DNA from: Lama glama
Lineage: Eukaryota
Reading direction: 5' to 3'
Assembly (NCBI GenBank): GCA_028534125.1
Contig: CM052832.1
Location: 13,580,001 to 13,644,000, forward strand
Length of the DNA stretch: 64,000 nt
In this document: piece by piece, positions 39,968-53,660 of the stretch
How the letters are laid out: the number at the start of each line of letters is the position of its first letter
How positions within the stretch are numbered: position 1 is the first letter of the stretch
Made by a program: the position numbers and the translations under genes
The notes under the pieces: generated by a model
The model's input: the letters and a program-made list of their open reading frames with translations, nothing else
What the model was told of the DNA's origin: nothing
Databases searched by the model: none

Positions 39968-42900
39968 CTGGAAGCAGGAAAGGAGACAGCATTCAGCTGG
40001 GAGTGGATGGGGTGAACAGTGCCCCCTGTCCTAAGACTAATCCCTGAACCACCCACGCTGAAGCTGTGCAGGGAGTTGGCCTTGTCCACAACCTAGTGAT
40101 AGAGGGGCTGACCTCTTCCAATGACCCGCAGTGCCCCAAAACAAAAATCTTGACTCTGTTTCCCTAATCCTTAGGGGACTCTGTCCTAATCCTTAGACCC
40201 TTCCTAATCAATCCTTCTGATAAGAGAGCATGCTCCCTAAACTGTCAGGCCCTGGATCTGAGAGAGAAGTACTGGGAAGCCAGCGTGGGGGGCTGTTGCA
40301 AGTGAGTGGAATATCGCTGACACTCAGACCAGACAGACAAACGCTTTCCTTCCAATGTCCCTTAGGGGAGAGGAATGGAAGTCATTTTTCTCCCTGCCAG
40401 TTTCCCTTCAGAACCTTTGTAATTCACTTTAAACTCTCAGGAGCCTTCCTAGACACCATGGCTGTGAAGAAGGTTCTCTGTCAGCAGGAGGGCCCATCCC
40501 TTCTGTATAGGTTACCTAAATAGATCCCCTGGTTACCTACCACCTTCCTGTCTATTATAATCCTTTCTGGTGCATGGACCAGATACAATTTTAACACTTC
40601 CATGGTAAGATCAGAGAGAAGCCAGAAGAGTGAGCTTGGAGGGTTGCTGGAGAGGGGAGAATGATGTGGCTGGAAACAAGGACCACTATTAGAATCAATC
40701 CTCAACGCTGCATGTTCCACAAGGACAGGGGCTCAGCAAAATGCCTGGTGGCATCAACACAGTAATTCTCCAGCTCTACAGAGCACTGACAAAGTTACCA
40801 AAGCTCCCAATCATTCACACATCATCATCTTATTTCATCTTCTTGCTGATGTTGAGAAGTCTGCTGACAGGTATTAGCTGACAGGAAAATGCCAAGCACA
40901 AAAGGAGAATGTAGCTGGTGGGGACAAAAACCAGGTCCCTGGACAAGTCGTGGTCCTCTGCTGCCCAGTGCCTCCTACACAGTCCCTGCTTCCAGAGCAG
41001 CTGGCTAATAATCTCTGTGCACCAAGGCCAGGGAGACTTGGAAACTTACCGAGGAAGCAGCTTTCTCCAGAGATGGAGCAATCTTAATTCCTATACCCTG
41101 TCCCAGGGGGCCTCTTTTCATAATAATAAATTACTTTTGGGTGTCTGCCAGCTTCCTACATCCCTCTCAAGATAAGCAGCTAAAAGCAGGTGATCTGGTT
41201 AAGAGTTTATTCTTAGGAAGACTCACCCCTACCCTGCCCCCAGCTGTATGATTTGGTAAGAATTCTATTCCCAGCCTGTCTATCCCTCTTGGGACTGAAG
41301 CTAAGCTAATGAGAACCACCAGACAAGTCCTCCTGAGCTTCCTCGATTATAGAACAAGACAATGAGGCTAACGCTGATATGTTTTCTTCTAACCAAGCCA
41401 GCTGGTACCTGGCTTGGAATGTGGGGCAGACTGTGAAAAATGTCCCCCCAAGGGTAGAAGCAAAATGGGCAAGTCTGTCTCTGAAGGAGAGCTCTCCTCT
41501 CTTTTTTAAAGAAGACAGAGGCAAATGTGTCCCAAAATAATAATGATCCATTCATTCAAATGTTATGCAGATGTAAAACAACATGGAAATAAAGCTTGTG
41601 ATAACATAACATACTACACAATAAATGTGTACATTTATTATTACAGCTATAATATATAAACAATAGACACAATAAAACAAAATGCTTATAATTGACATGT
41701 CAGAATGCTGAGGGCTTTGTGTTGATTTTCTCTATTTTTCCAAAACTTCTATAATGTAGATACATTACTTTTACAGAAAAGACTTTTCTTTTTTTTAAAG
41801 AACAAAAGCTTCAGAAAAAGAGATTAAAAACTGTATATTCACTATGGGTGCAAATACATATTTAAGTATACACAGGAAAACGAATGGGAGAGCATAAACC
41901 AAAATAAAAACGCAGGTTGTGTTCAGGTGGTGGTTGAATTTCTTTAATCATGGAAGAAAATGTATGATTAAGAAGATAATTAAAAAGGAAAAAGAAAGGG
42001 ATTAGATTTAGACTGGCTTTTTTACACTATGAGATTAGAAAAACAAAATGAAACCAACACACCTTAACCACTTCTCCAACAACTAAGCTGCGGGGTCTCA
42101 CGGACAGCAGGGCAGGGAGCCTATAAAGGCAGCTCCAGGCCCAAGCTCAATACAGGCTCACAGTGTGGATCTCCCACCTGCCATCACTAAGCAGTGGGTG
42201 AGGCAGGCAGTATGGGTTCCAACATTGCTCCAGCAAATTGTATAACCTCTGGAAATTGCAGTTTCCTCATCTGTCCAAAAAGGATCAGAGTTCTTATTCT
42301 CTTTACCTTAAGAGGCTGCTTAAGACAGATGAGCCACAGACACGAATGAGCTGGGAGAGGCTCAGAGCTCTGTGTGCATGCAAGAGGTTGGCGGGGTAGT
42401 TCTAAGCCCCGGCTGCAGACCATCTGGGAAGCTTTTTAAAAAATATTCCTGCCTTGGTCTGGCTTTAGAGAGTCTGATACGATAGTTCTGAGTGGGGTCT
42501 CAGAATTGTATTAAAAAAAAAAATTCTCCCAGATGATTCTGACATGCCCCAAAGGTTAGAATCAGTATCTTCCAGGGCCAGATAAACATTACCTTCCCAA
42601 TATAAAAAGAGCCCTAAGAAATAATAATCAAGGTGGTTAGAACAGAATTTTTAACTACTGCTACTATGGAAAAAAAATGGAAATTTTAGCTACTGTTGAT
42701 GGGAGTATAAACTGGAACTAATTTTCTAAGGGGGAACTTGGCAATTTGTATCAGACTTTTGCATAGACTTTGCTCCAAGAAGGCATTCCTAAGACTTCTT
42801 CACTATAAAGAAATAATCATGGATGTGTACGAAGGTTAAGTTTCAGTGATGCTTACTGCCAGCTGTTTATCACAGTGAAAAATTTAAAACAATCTAACTG

Positions 42901-43659
42901 ATCAACAAGGGAATGGTTAAAATAAGTTACATGCACACAACTGAAGACAATGTAGTCATTAAAGTGATACTAATGAAGACTGTTTAATGGCATAAGACAA
43001 ACATGCTCATGGTGTGCTGTTAAGTGAAGGGGAGGTTAGAGTATGGTCTCATATTTATGCATTAAACAAAAAAAGGTTGAGTGGATATACATCAAGAGGT
43101 AATCTCTGAACAGACGGGACTGTGGGTGATTTTGAACTCAGTGGCTCAGAACACAGGCTTTGACATTACACATTTTGAGGCTTGGGCTCAAATTTCAATC
43201 TTGCCACTTATTAGCTAGATAACCATGGGTAGCAAATAGATCCTCAATTTATTCCCCTATAAAAAATAACCATACCTTCCTCAGTATTTTAAGAACTTAG
43301 CATGACAGATGTTTAGTAAAACATCTAAGCATTATCAGCAGCTTTTACAGTTCTCTACAATGAACACGTATTATTTTTATGCATAATAATTTTTTTATTT
43401 TTTTTTTAGCAAATAAATGAATGCTATTAAATCCCTAAGAGCCCTAACCTCTGTCTGTATACTTTAGCCTACTAAAAGTGCCCTAAGCTAGGAGCCTTTC
43501 TGGTTTGACCCACCCTGGCTGGGGTAAAACCTCCCTCTTTTTTGCAGCTGGAGGCAACCCGCCTCTGCTGGCTTGATCCATTCAGATAAGCCCCCAAGGC
43601 AAGGCAGGGGCCAGAACCACCCGCGGGAGGGAGGAGGGTGGCCTCTGGGGCAGACTCAC

Positions 43660-43757
43660 CAAGGCGGGGTAGGAGGGATAGCCTCGGCACTTGGCCCACA
43701 CCAGCTCCAGGGGCTCCAGGTCTCCGCGGTCTTCAAAGGGCATCAGGAGGCTTCTGC
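43660..43757 (-). CDS. BRPF3: BRPF3 exon 11 (98 nt), start of PWWP domain
   Basis: RSLLMPFEDRGDLEPLELVWAKCRGYPSYPAL, with the BRPF-type PWWP motif VWAK..GYPSYP; donor TTG|GTGAGT. Confidence 0.96.
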
Positions 43758-43922
43758 CTGGGGGTGGGGGAGGGGAGGAGACAGCACCGGAAGGGGACTT
43801 GGAATGGTGCCCAGGAGGCCTGCCTGGGACCTCCATTTGACTAGGGCAGCCCAGGAATGAGTCAGCAACATCCCCTCCACCCTTCCTCTACCCTACCCTT
43901 TCCTTAGTTCTTAAGACTAGAT

Positions 43923-44235
43923 CAGGGGTTGGCAAATTTGTTCCGTAAAAAGCCAAATAGTAAATATTTTAGGTTTTGTGAGCTACAGGGTCTCTGTCGC
44001 ACCTACTCAACTCTGCTGTTGAAGTACGAAAGCAGCCGCAGAGACTTCATAAATGAGTAAGCATGGCTGTGTCCCCATAAAGCTCTATTTCTGGACACTG
44101 AAATTTGAATTTTGTGTAATTTTCATGCATTCATCAATTCTTCTTTTGATTTTCAATCATTTGAAAATGTAAAAACCACTCTCAGCTCATCCAGACTACA
44201 AAAACAAGCAATAGGTTACAATTTGCTGACCTCTG
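43923..44235. mobile_element. hAT-Charlie MITE (MER58-like)
   Basis: TIRs CAGGGGTTGGCAAA / TTTGCTGACCTCTG; 8-bp TSD gactagat / aactagaa with central CTAG. Confidence 0.85.
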
Positions 44236-46591
44236 AACTAGAACCTTAGGACAACATTCTTTGGAAAAATGTTAACTGCTTCATCACCAGGACACCAGGA
44301 AGAAGACCATAACCCAGCCTGGCAAAGCCACAAACTATTCTTTGGGACTCCCTTACTGGTCGGCCTTATGATGGAGCCTTCATGGAAAAACATACCTGAA
44401 ATGGACATCCCAGTTAAACTACTTGCTAAATGAGTTCCTTTCTGACAGGGCCACACCTGGCTATCCACGTCACCTGGCTGCACAGCATTCAGCAGAGCCA
44501 AGCAGGTCTGCAGGTCCTTTGTGCACCTGTTTTGTCAGAACCTTTCACTGGGTGTCCCACCTGGGGCAGGCACCGCACCTCTTCAGCTTAACTGTATTCT
44601 GCACCCAGTGCACTAGAACACATGGATGGGAACTTCACAAATGAGCACACAGAGGAACTTCCCTCCCCCTCCCCATGTCTATAAACTGACAATGGGGAGA
44701 TGACCACACTCAACTAAGGAAAAAGGCCCAAATTCCACAGAGTAGAAAATAAGGTCCTAAGGAAACATGACCACCCATATTTATAATTTTTCAAAAATGT
44801 ACTACTAATTAATGAGGTCTTGTTTTCTATCTATTCAATCAGAGCAATAACAACAAAAAGATAAAATCCAATACTGAAGAGGCAGGCTGAGGGGAAACTG
44901 GTGTAATCATACACTGCTGAGGAAATTGCAGACCAGTCTAATTCTTCCAGAATATAATTTGGCAGTATGTCTCAAGAGCCATAAAAAAAAAAAGTATGAA
45001 CCATCTGCTCCAGTAAATTCCTTCCCTGGGAATTTATTCTTAGAAAAATTAACTTTAAAAACGAATAAGAAGGTTTTGAACAAAAATGTATAATGTATAA
45101 CATATATGTATAATGTTACAAGTTGGAAATAACTATCTCATATGGAACAGGTAAATTATAATGCACTGATTAGAAGATACACTGTTCCAATAATGACTGT
45201 GATACAAAGTTTTGTCAAAATTTAAAAAGTTCTAACATTGAAAAAAGCAGAATACAAAAGAGCATGTATTTTGGATTAGCATTTTGTTAAAAACAAACAG
45301 AAGGCAACACAGAAATGAAGACAATCGTGTTAAGGTGATGGAACAGTGGGAGGTCAGTTTCCTTTTTAAATTTCCTTTGTCACCATATTAATAAGTATGT
45401 GGCTTTAAAAATAAAAATAAAATGTCACTACTAGAAGCACAAAGTATGTGTCAGTCGGCTCCCAGTTTTGCACTAGATGCTGTACAGATTAACCCAGACA
45501 TGAGCCCTGCCTTCTGGGCACTGACAGACAGTAATGAAACATGCAGGCATGCATTCATCAAAACACATATGAAAAAGAAACTGATGCTATGGGGAAATAA
45601 AGCAGTTAGGAAAAGGAAAGTGGAGAAGAGAAGCCCCAAAGCCTGTATGTTAGATGGAAGCTTCAAGCATCCAGAATGCACATCTCCCACAGGAGGGCTG
45701 GACAGAGACGTGCTCAGAGAACAGCTGGCCGTGCACCCACATCACCTGAGCACCACCCAAGCCTTCTCCTTTGGCCCTGCCTTGTCCTTTATTCCCTTGG
45801 TCCAAGGAGACAAGACCCACGTATTTTATTGTTTGGACTAGCTGGAGTAGAAGGTCTCATGAGAGGGGTGGAAGCCTTGGATCACATGAAACTACAGGGT
45901 TATGTCTGAAAATTCAGTGATACAGGCTATTACTGATCACTCCAGTGAGGGCAGGCTGACACTACCAAAATTACAAATGCACACTTCCTTCAATACAGCA
46001 ACTCTACTTCTACAGCCATACTCCCCAGGGATACAAGATGATCTATGTAGAAGGTTGCTCACTGCAACACTGACTATGACAAATAAGTGAAAATGATCTA
46101 AATGCCCATCTGCAGGGGGCCAGCTAAGTATATGACAGCACTCCTATGTAATGGGGCATTAGGCAGCAAATAAAAAGCACAGAATCTCCAAGGCATATTA
46201 TTAACTGAAAAAAGGCATAGTTTAGAGGAACATGCACGTTAAGCTTCTCTGCTGGCTCTTTCAAATACACATACAAGTTTTTGGCTTGCGTATGTATAGA
46301 TTACATCTGGAAAAAGACAAAAGAAACCTCTAATAGTGGCTGTTCTAGGGAGGGGAGCACTGGCTCCTTATTATGCACCTTTTTGTACCTTTCTGATTTT
46401 TGTCACCATGGCATGGGTTACCTATTCAAAATAAGATGAATTAAAAAAAAAAAGTATGAATGACCCAGGAGGAAGAGCCATCTCCCTACCCAGTGCCCCA
46501 GGGTTTGGAGCTCAGGATCTGGCTGCAGCCAACAGAGCCAGTTCTTTGGAAGGCCTGGTTCCCCCAGATGCACCTGTACAGCGCTCCTCAC

Positions 46592-46689
46592 CTGAGCCAC
46601 TGTAGTCAGAGTCTCCATTCACACCTTCCAGGAAGGGCACTCGAGACAGGGCTGGCTTCCCACGGCTGCGTTTGGGAGGTGTCAGACCA
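46592..46689 (-). CDS. BRPF3: BRPF3 exon 10 (98 nt)
   Basis: GLTPPKRSRGKPALSRVPFLEGVNGDSDYSGS; cag|T acceptor, CAG|GTGAGG donor. Confidence 0.94.
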
Positions 46690-49600
46690 CTGCATACAGA
46701 GCAGGGAGGGAAAAGGGGAGCGAAATGAGCAATTTCAATGACTAATATGCCCACTCCTGCTCTCCCACCTCTGCTATGAGTAGAGCTGCAAAAACCCTTC
46801 AGGGAGAATGGTTTCTCACTTTCCCCTAAAAACTCATATTAACCCATGATATACTTCTGACCAAAATGTTCCCATGAGGCTTTAAGGAATCACTTCATCC
46901 ATGTGTAAGGACTGAACTTGAAAAGAGATGTCTGCTCCCCTGCCTGGGAACCTTGGATTTCATCCAGAGGGAAGATCACCCCAGGCACCTGTCAATCCTT
47001 CCAGAGTCTAAGCAGCCTGGTCATCTCACATCTGCCCAGAATTCTTTACTCTGTGGTTTACATTGCTTTTTCTTTAGAAACTACTTTTGAAGCACAAAAC
47101 TTTGTCTCTTTCCCAAGTTTTCTATAATGGACATGTCTTACTTCCTTAATTAGAAAAGACATATTTTTAAATTGGAAAAAAAATCCACTTCTCACTTCCA
47201 CTTTATGTGTGTGAAGTTTTTCTTAGACAGAGACAGATTTTTTTTAACTAACAAGCAGACCAGTATTTTTTTTTAATATGGCTACTGCAAGGAGGTAAAA
47301 AAATATATATCAGACAAAGACTAGAAGGTAATAGGCAAAAATGAGTATAGTAATACCAGAAAAATGGTATAACTGGAACCCACCCAGGCATCAACATTTT
47401 TAAATTGCTCCCAATGCAATTCTAATCTACAATCACAGTTAGAAGCCTCTGGGCAAGAATGATGTACCTAGGATTTTTTCCCATCCGAACTTTAAAAAAT
47501 ATTACCGCTATATAATTTTTTCAACAACAAAAAAATGCTGAAAAGGTCAACAATCTTCAGAAGAGCAGAAATGCTTAAGAAACCCCTAGTGGGATAAAAA
47601 GAGGCTAGGGTGAGGACCGGTTGGAGAGTAAGGTACTCCTGTTTTACTCACTCATAATTGACTTTATCATGGTCTTAAACAGAAAACCTGGCACAACCAG
47701 AACCTGATGAATCATAATTTTTCAGTAACTAGTAGGTTGGGAGCTTTTTTCCTATTAGTCAATATTAGGACCTGTTGGGGAGAAAACAAATAACACCCAG
47801 TTCATGTTCAGGATTCAGTTCCCATCCACCCCACAAAAATCTGTCACTGGGCTTAGAGAATCTGAGACCTTACAAAAATATAAGGTACTGGTAGTTCTAC
47901 TAGGAAAGTCTTTCCAAGTTCACATCACTGATCTGGAGAGACATCTTCAAATATAACAGAAGATTAAGCACAACAAAGTGGTTAAGAGAGAAACTCTAGA
48001 GCCAGACTACCTGGGTTTAGAACCTGGCTCTTCTACTCGTTCATCCTGTGATCCTGAGCAAGTTACTTAACCTCACTGAGGCTTATGTTCCCCATGTGTT
48101 GCTGTGAGGATTTAATAATCAAAATACAGAAAGTACTCACTACAGCACGTATCAAGTACTCAATAAATGGCAGTTATATAGTAAATATTGTATGAAAGGA
48201 AATAAATGTTAATGTCTCACTTTAAATATTATCCATATATATCTGTATATAATAGTATATCAGATGATTCTACTCTGAAAAGGCTGAGCTCAATGAGATA
48301 GGATGCAACATCAAAACTAGGTCTATATGTTCCTGTTTCATAGAAAAAAGCACAACTGACTTGATCATGGCCTGCATTTCAGCCCTCTCTCCAAGTTACC
48401 CAGGCCTAAGCAGACAGCCCAATCTGTAATTATTTTGTTTACTGGTTTAACATTCATCTCTCCCTTCCAGAAGATAAGATCTGAGAATAGACACCTTATC
48501 AGGGCTGAGAACAGTGCCTGGATCATGGTATGTGCTCAATTAATAGTTGAACGAGGGACCCATAGAAGAGCCCCAACATGCTCAGAAAACCATTAGAAAA
48601 GATAAACTCAAGGACATCACAGGAATGAGATGAGATTAGTGATCAGAAATTCCTTCACATGTCTTTATCTCTGGGATTATGTGACTCCAGTCTAATTAAT
48701 AAGTAAGATTTTTCTTTGTGTACTTACCACTGCAGTATAGAAAAGAAAAAGAAAAAGAAAAAAATCCTGCATTTGAAGTCCTGAATCTCCTGTTTTAAAC
48801 CCTAAAATTCTACTGAGAACTACTGAGTTAAAGAAGAAATGCCTTCCAAGGGCACTGTTCATATACTGAGCAGGGCCCCAGAGGAATCAGTGGCGTTGGC
48901 ATTTTGACAGGAAGGCAAACAGGCTAACCAGAGGGCTTGCTTCTTGTGGTTCACAACTGGGAAGAGCACCTTTCATGAAGGGAAGGGCCAGACACACCTT
49001 CCACCTTTAGTCAAGGGCTAGGAGGGGACAGTTTGATAACCCTGCTCCTACCCTACTCCAATGAACTGGGTTTCTAGGTAACCTAATTTTGAAGGGAGTC
49101 AGGAATGCCAACCTGAGAGTTTATTATAGATAAACTCTATAATCTTACTAGAAGTATCTGGTAAGATTATGAAATCTCTGCCTCTTCTCTGTGTCTGGTA
49201 ACTGTGTTTTCCCAACCACTCCTCCTATATCTCTAGAGCTGCAACATGGAGGGAGAAAGCTAGGACATTTCTAAGGCTCGGTGGGGAGGAAAATCTTAAA
49301 GGAGCCACTGAAAGCTGGGCCCTGCCACAGCAGGGGAGCAGTCCAGGCACAAGGGGTAGCTGGGAGCCTCCCATAGCTCCACCAGCAGCTCAGTGGCCAG
49401 GACAGAGTGCCAAACAGTCACCTAACCTGCCTTGGAAGTGCTTCAAACACAGATACATAGTCTTTGGGTGCTGCCATGGGAACTTTCCTCCCCTTTAGTG
49501 AACTCAGGATCCATTCAGCAGCCATGTGGAGGGACCATATGGCCAGCCTTCAGGACAAGTTATTTTTCCTCTGTGGTCCTGAGAGTCTCTCATTTCCAAG

Positions 49601-50174
49601 GGTCCCACACTCCCTGGTGTCTTGCAGAGCACACAACACAGAGGAGGGACTCGATAAACTCTTCAACTTCGAAGAAACTTGAAGGTTCTGGTCTCAGAAA
49701 CCCTTCCTTCAGGTAAAAGAATGGAAAAGAAACCCATCCTCTCCTAGCTCAAGGATGGTAAAAGAGCTGGGGACTTTGTCTGACTAAAAGGCAATTCCAA
49801 ATTTCTTATCTGTCCATTTTTTATTCCCCTACCAGACCTCCAAAGAGGCCACTGCTATGATGCCCCGAAAGGCAAAGGCCAAAGCCATGTCTATAACTGG
49901 GGTATCTAAATGGGTGAGGGGTGGGTGGTGGGTGGGGACCAGCTCAAATGTTAACTTCATGGGGCAATAGACTCAGCTATCCCCACCCTCTCAAGCCAAA
50001 TTCAACTCCACAAACCCCAAGGGTCATGCTGTTTCCCAGGAGCTACCAGACACAGGCCTCAGGAAATAGCAGAGATGGGGGGAAAAAAAAACCAAGATAA
50101 GCAGGAGGAGGTTCAATCTGTAGCTGAAAGGAAAATAAATGGAGAGGTGGCAGAGCTGCCACAAGTGTTCTTAC

Positions 50175-50268
50175 CTGCAAGCTTCAAATGTCAGTCCACC
50201 ACTGAGACCCAAACTACATTCTGAATCAGACCCACTTTCGGTGTGCTTTCCAAAGCCGTTGGTCACAC
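50175..50268 (-). CDS. BRPF3: BRPF3 exon 9 (94 nt)
   Basis: VTNGFGKHTESGSDSECSLGLSGGLTFEAC; cag|GT acceptor, CAG|GTAAGA donor. Confidence 0.93.
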
Positions 50269-52444
50269 CTGCCAAGGACACACAGAGTGAACCTGAGTGC
50301 AGAAACCCCCTCTTCCACTGACACATGCCGCAGTGTGAGGCAGCTGCCTTGAGAGGGCTCAGCAAGGAGGGCTGGAGAGGACAACTGGTCCTTCCTCTTG
50401 GGAAACAGGTCTTGGGTGATAGTGAGAACCTGATGAAGCTTTGGGCGAAATGTTGGCTAGGCCACAGAGCAGACACTGTATTTTCCTTCCCATCCTTATG
50501 GGTTTTTTGGAAGGTAAATAGCACCCAGCTCATTCCAGTTACTGTCATTTCTCTACAAAGGGAAATACCAAGACTTCCTCACACTGGCTGGCTCACAAGT
50601 CCCAGGAACTGCTTCTAATTTCAAGCCTCAATTATCAGGGAGTCTCCTCTGCCTCTTGGGGAGCCCACCCACATCGCCTCTTTGGATAAACACTCATTCA
50701 CCCTATCTATCACACAGCTGGCAACAGCTAACTTCATTCTTTTGGGATGGTGTCAGGGGAGGTTGGGACAGGATAAGGGCTGTGTCAACCACACCCTGAA
50801 ATATCTAGCAGAGCTAGTCAGAGTTGAGGATGGGGGGCACTTTTCAGCAGATCTAAAGCAAACCAGACCTTCCTGGGATAAGGAGTCAGATTCCTTGGTT
50901 TTAGACTGGGCCCTGAAATATGGATCCCTTTTCCTCTCTAAGCCTTGGCTTTTCCTTTTGTGAAGTGACAGTAGTACTTCTTACTTATGGAGAATGCTAC
51001 TAAGTATCGATGAGGGAAGGTCTGTTTATAGCAGGGAGCCCTACAGAGGCAAATGAAGACTGGTCACCCCAGGGACAGGAATGTGACTCTCATCTACTGT
51101 GGAGGCTTTAACTCTCCTATCTATCCAATTCCCAGCCACAATCCAGAATCCTATAAGTCTCATAGCTGAGCCAAGAGCTCAGGAGCTCTAAGTCACATAT
51201 ATGTTAGTCAGAAAACTGAGGCAAGTCACATCTATAAGAGCAGGTGTCTCAGCCAATGTACCTGGATTCTAACCTGGTTCTTCCTCTAACATTATGATCT
51301 CGCTTTAAATCACGGAAGCCAGCTGTGTCTCAGGTGCCTCATCTGTAAAGGATCAACATCTGTTTTTCTGAGACTCCTCTAGGGTTGTGTAAAAATATTC
51401 CTGAGTGCAAGGTAGCTGGGATGGTGGAAGAGAAAGAGATTCTAGCAATAACCCCATGCAGCGGGCCCTCTTGGCTCCATGAGCCTGATATCTAGATCTA
51501 CTTCCCAATAGCACGACTTTTTAATTTTAGTGCACAGTGTTCTCAGTGCTGTTTGGCTGTGCCTGACACAGTTCAAAGGATGACAACAATAACCACTACC
51601 ATCTACTGCTATATCCCAAGTGCTTTATGTAGGCTATTTCAAATCCTTAGAGCCCTGCAATGTGGATATCACTGGCCCCATATTAGAAATAAGGAATAGG
51701 CTCAGAGAGGTTGATTAATTTGCCCCAGAACACACAGCTGGTAAGAAGAGGGGATTTGAACTCAAGTCCGCCTAACTCCAGGCCTCAAGCTCTTGACTCT
51801 TAACACCAACCTACTGTCCTAATACAGGGAAGCTTGGGCCAGACAGGATGGAAAGGTATTGCTGGCAACAAAGTGTTAGGCAGGAAGAGAGAAAAGCATG
51901 TGCTAGCCACAAAGCCCAAAGCCACCACATAACAGGACATGAGAGGGACACGAGGAGCAAAAGCCAAGAGCAGGCCCCTCCCTGCCAAGCCAGCCAGCCT
52001 TCCATATCTCACCAAGACTATTCTGTCTGGCAATGGAGGTCCTGCACATCCTGGCCCACCTTGCCTACAGCGTTGGCTCCTGATGCTCCAGGAAGCCTCT
52101 CTCCAAACTGTTCCTCACAGGGACTCTGTCCTTGTTTCCACACACCAGGGCCTAAGCCTTTTACTCCGCTCTACTGTCCTCACCCCCAGGGCCAGCTAAG
52201 GCACTGTCTCCTTGTGAGTACTTTCCAACTTCCCCAGCTCTTACTCCTTGAACACCACTAGCAGTGCTGTCACCTTACACTTAACCACAAACTATCCAGA
52301 ACTGTGACATCTCTGCCTCTCGGGAGACCACCTAGTGTCCCCAGTGGACTCTTTCAGAGTTGGAACTGAGTCTGACTTAGTTTACTACCCACCAGTGACC
52401 AGCTTGCACTGAACATGCAGTAAGAACTCTTCAGTGGCGAGCCC

Positions 52445-52870
52445 CCATTACTTGCCTTTGGAACCTCATCTACCATCCCTGGCTGACTGTGTTGCAATCA
52501 CACTGTTCCTCAGACATGCAAGCATGTTTCCACCTCCAGGGCCTGTGCCCTTGCTAGTCTATCTTTTTGGAACATTCTTTCCCCAGATACCCAAACAGCT
52601 CACGCCTTTAGCTCTTTCAGATCTTTACTCAAATGTCACCTCCTTGGAAGGGCTCCCCTGGCCACCCTTTCTAATACCACCCCAGCATCCCCTATTCCCC
52701 TTCCCTGATGGACTTTTCTCTATAGCTTCTAATATAAAGTACAACTTACTCATTTGCTTTTAACCTACCTATCCTACAAGGGAGGAGATTTGTCTGTTTT
52801 ATTTATTGATTCTCACTCTTATATTGAAGGGCCTACAATAACACCTAATATAAATCTGAGAAATAAATGA
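52445..52870. mobile_element. L2 3' fragment
   Basis: ccagggcctgtgcccttgct...ctcaaatgtcacctccttggaagg...; similar L2 ends at 8250-8740 and 4400-4690. Confidence 0.7.
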
Positions 52871-53150
52871 ACTAAAACAAAGGCAAGAACCATTTCATCA
52901 TATATAGCATTTTATCCCCCGGGACAAAGAAAACCCCTGACAAAATCTGGCCCTGTCAAAACACTTGCTTAAAGCCCATTTCCCCAGGCCATTAACTGTG
53001 TGCCAGGCCTGTGAACTATAGGGCCCTCAGTGCTATTACTGGCATCCTCAGGGGCCATTAGGGAGGCAGTCAACTGGGGGAGGGGCTGGCTGGCAAGGCA
53101 AAGCAGGAAAGCAGATGAAAAGTAGCGAGAGAAGGCACAGGAGAGGTCAC

Positions 53151-53660
53151 CTGTCTCCTCCTCCTGCTGCGGGGACCTCTCCCCTTCGCTCTCACTACAG
53201 CTCCTACTCCTCGGCCGCTTCTGGGAGTGCCGTTCATCCTCTATGCTGGTAGGAGAGGCAGGAGAGCCCACTGCACCATGGTCCTCGCCGTTCTCCAGTC
53301 CCCTATCTGGGCTCCTCTGTAGCTTCACCCCATTCTTGGCCTTCTTGAAGAGGACTGATGTGCGGCGCCCCACACCACTGAGTGGGGCACTGGTGGGGGA
53401 TGTATCGGGGGCCATGAGGGACACTCTACTGATGCCGTTGTCACTAAGCAGGCGTTGTAAGGGCTCGCTCCCTAGCTGCAAAGGTGATTTTTCCAAGAGC
53501 TCATCTTCTTCCACCTTCCTGGGCTTCAGGAATCGGCTTAGAGGTTTGCTATCATTGATGGGTTTCAGAGTGGGGGGATCTGGAGGGGATTCTTGCTCAG
53601 ACAAGGAAGGTGCAGGCCCAGTGGGCTCCAGAGTTGGTGGGGGAGGCAGTTTAGAATCAT
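53151..53660 (-). CDS. BRPF3: BRPF3 exon 8 (510 nt), Pro/Ser-rich linker
   Basis: DSKLPPPPTLEPTG...GVGRRTSVLFKKAKNGVKL...SPQQEEET; cag|AT acceptor, CAG|GTGACC donor. Confidence 0.95.

Noticed and set aside
44982..46460. Identical 19-mer taaaaaaaaaaagtatgaa at 44982 and 46442 as the TSD of a 1.4 kb insertion
   Set aside because: Mostly poly-A, and the first copy lies within an apparently continuous old L1, so chance is more likely.
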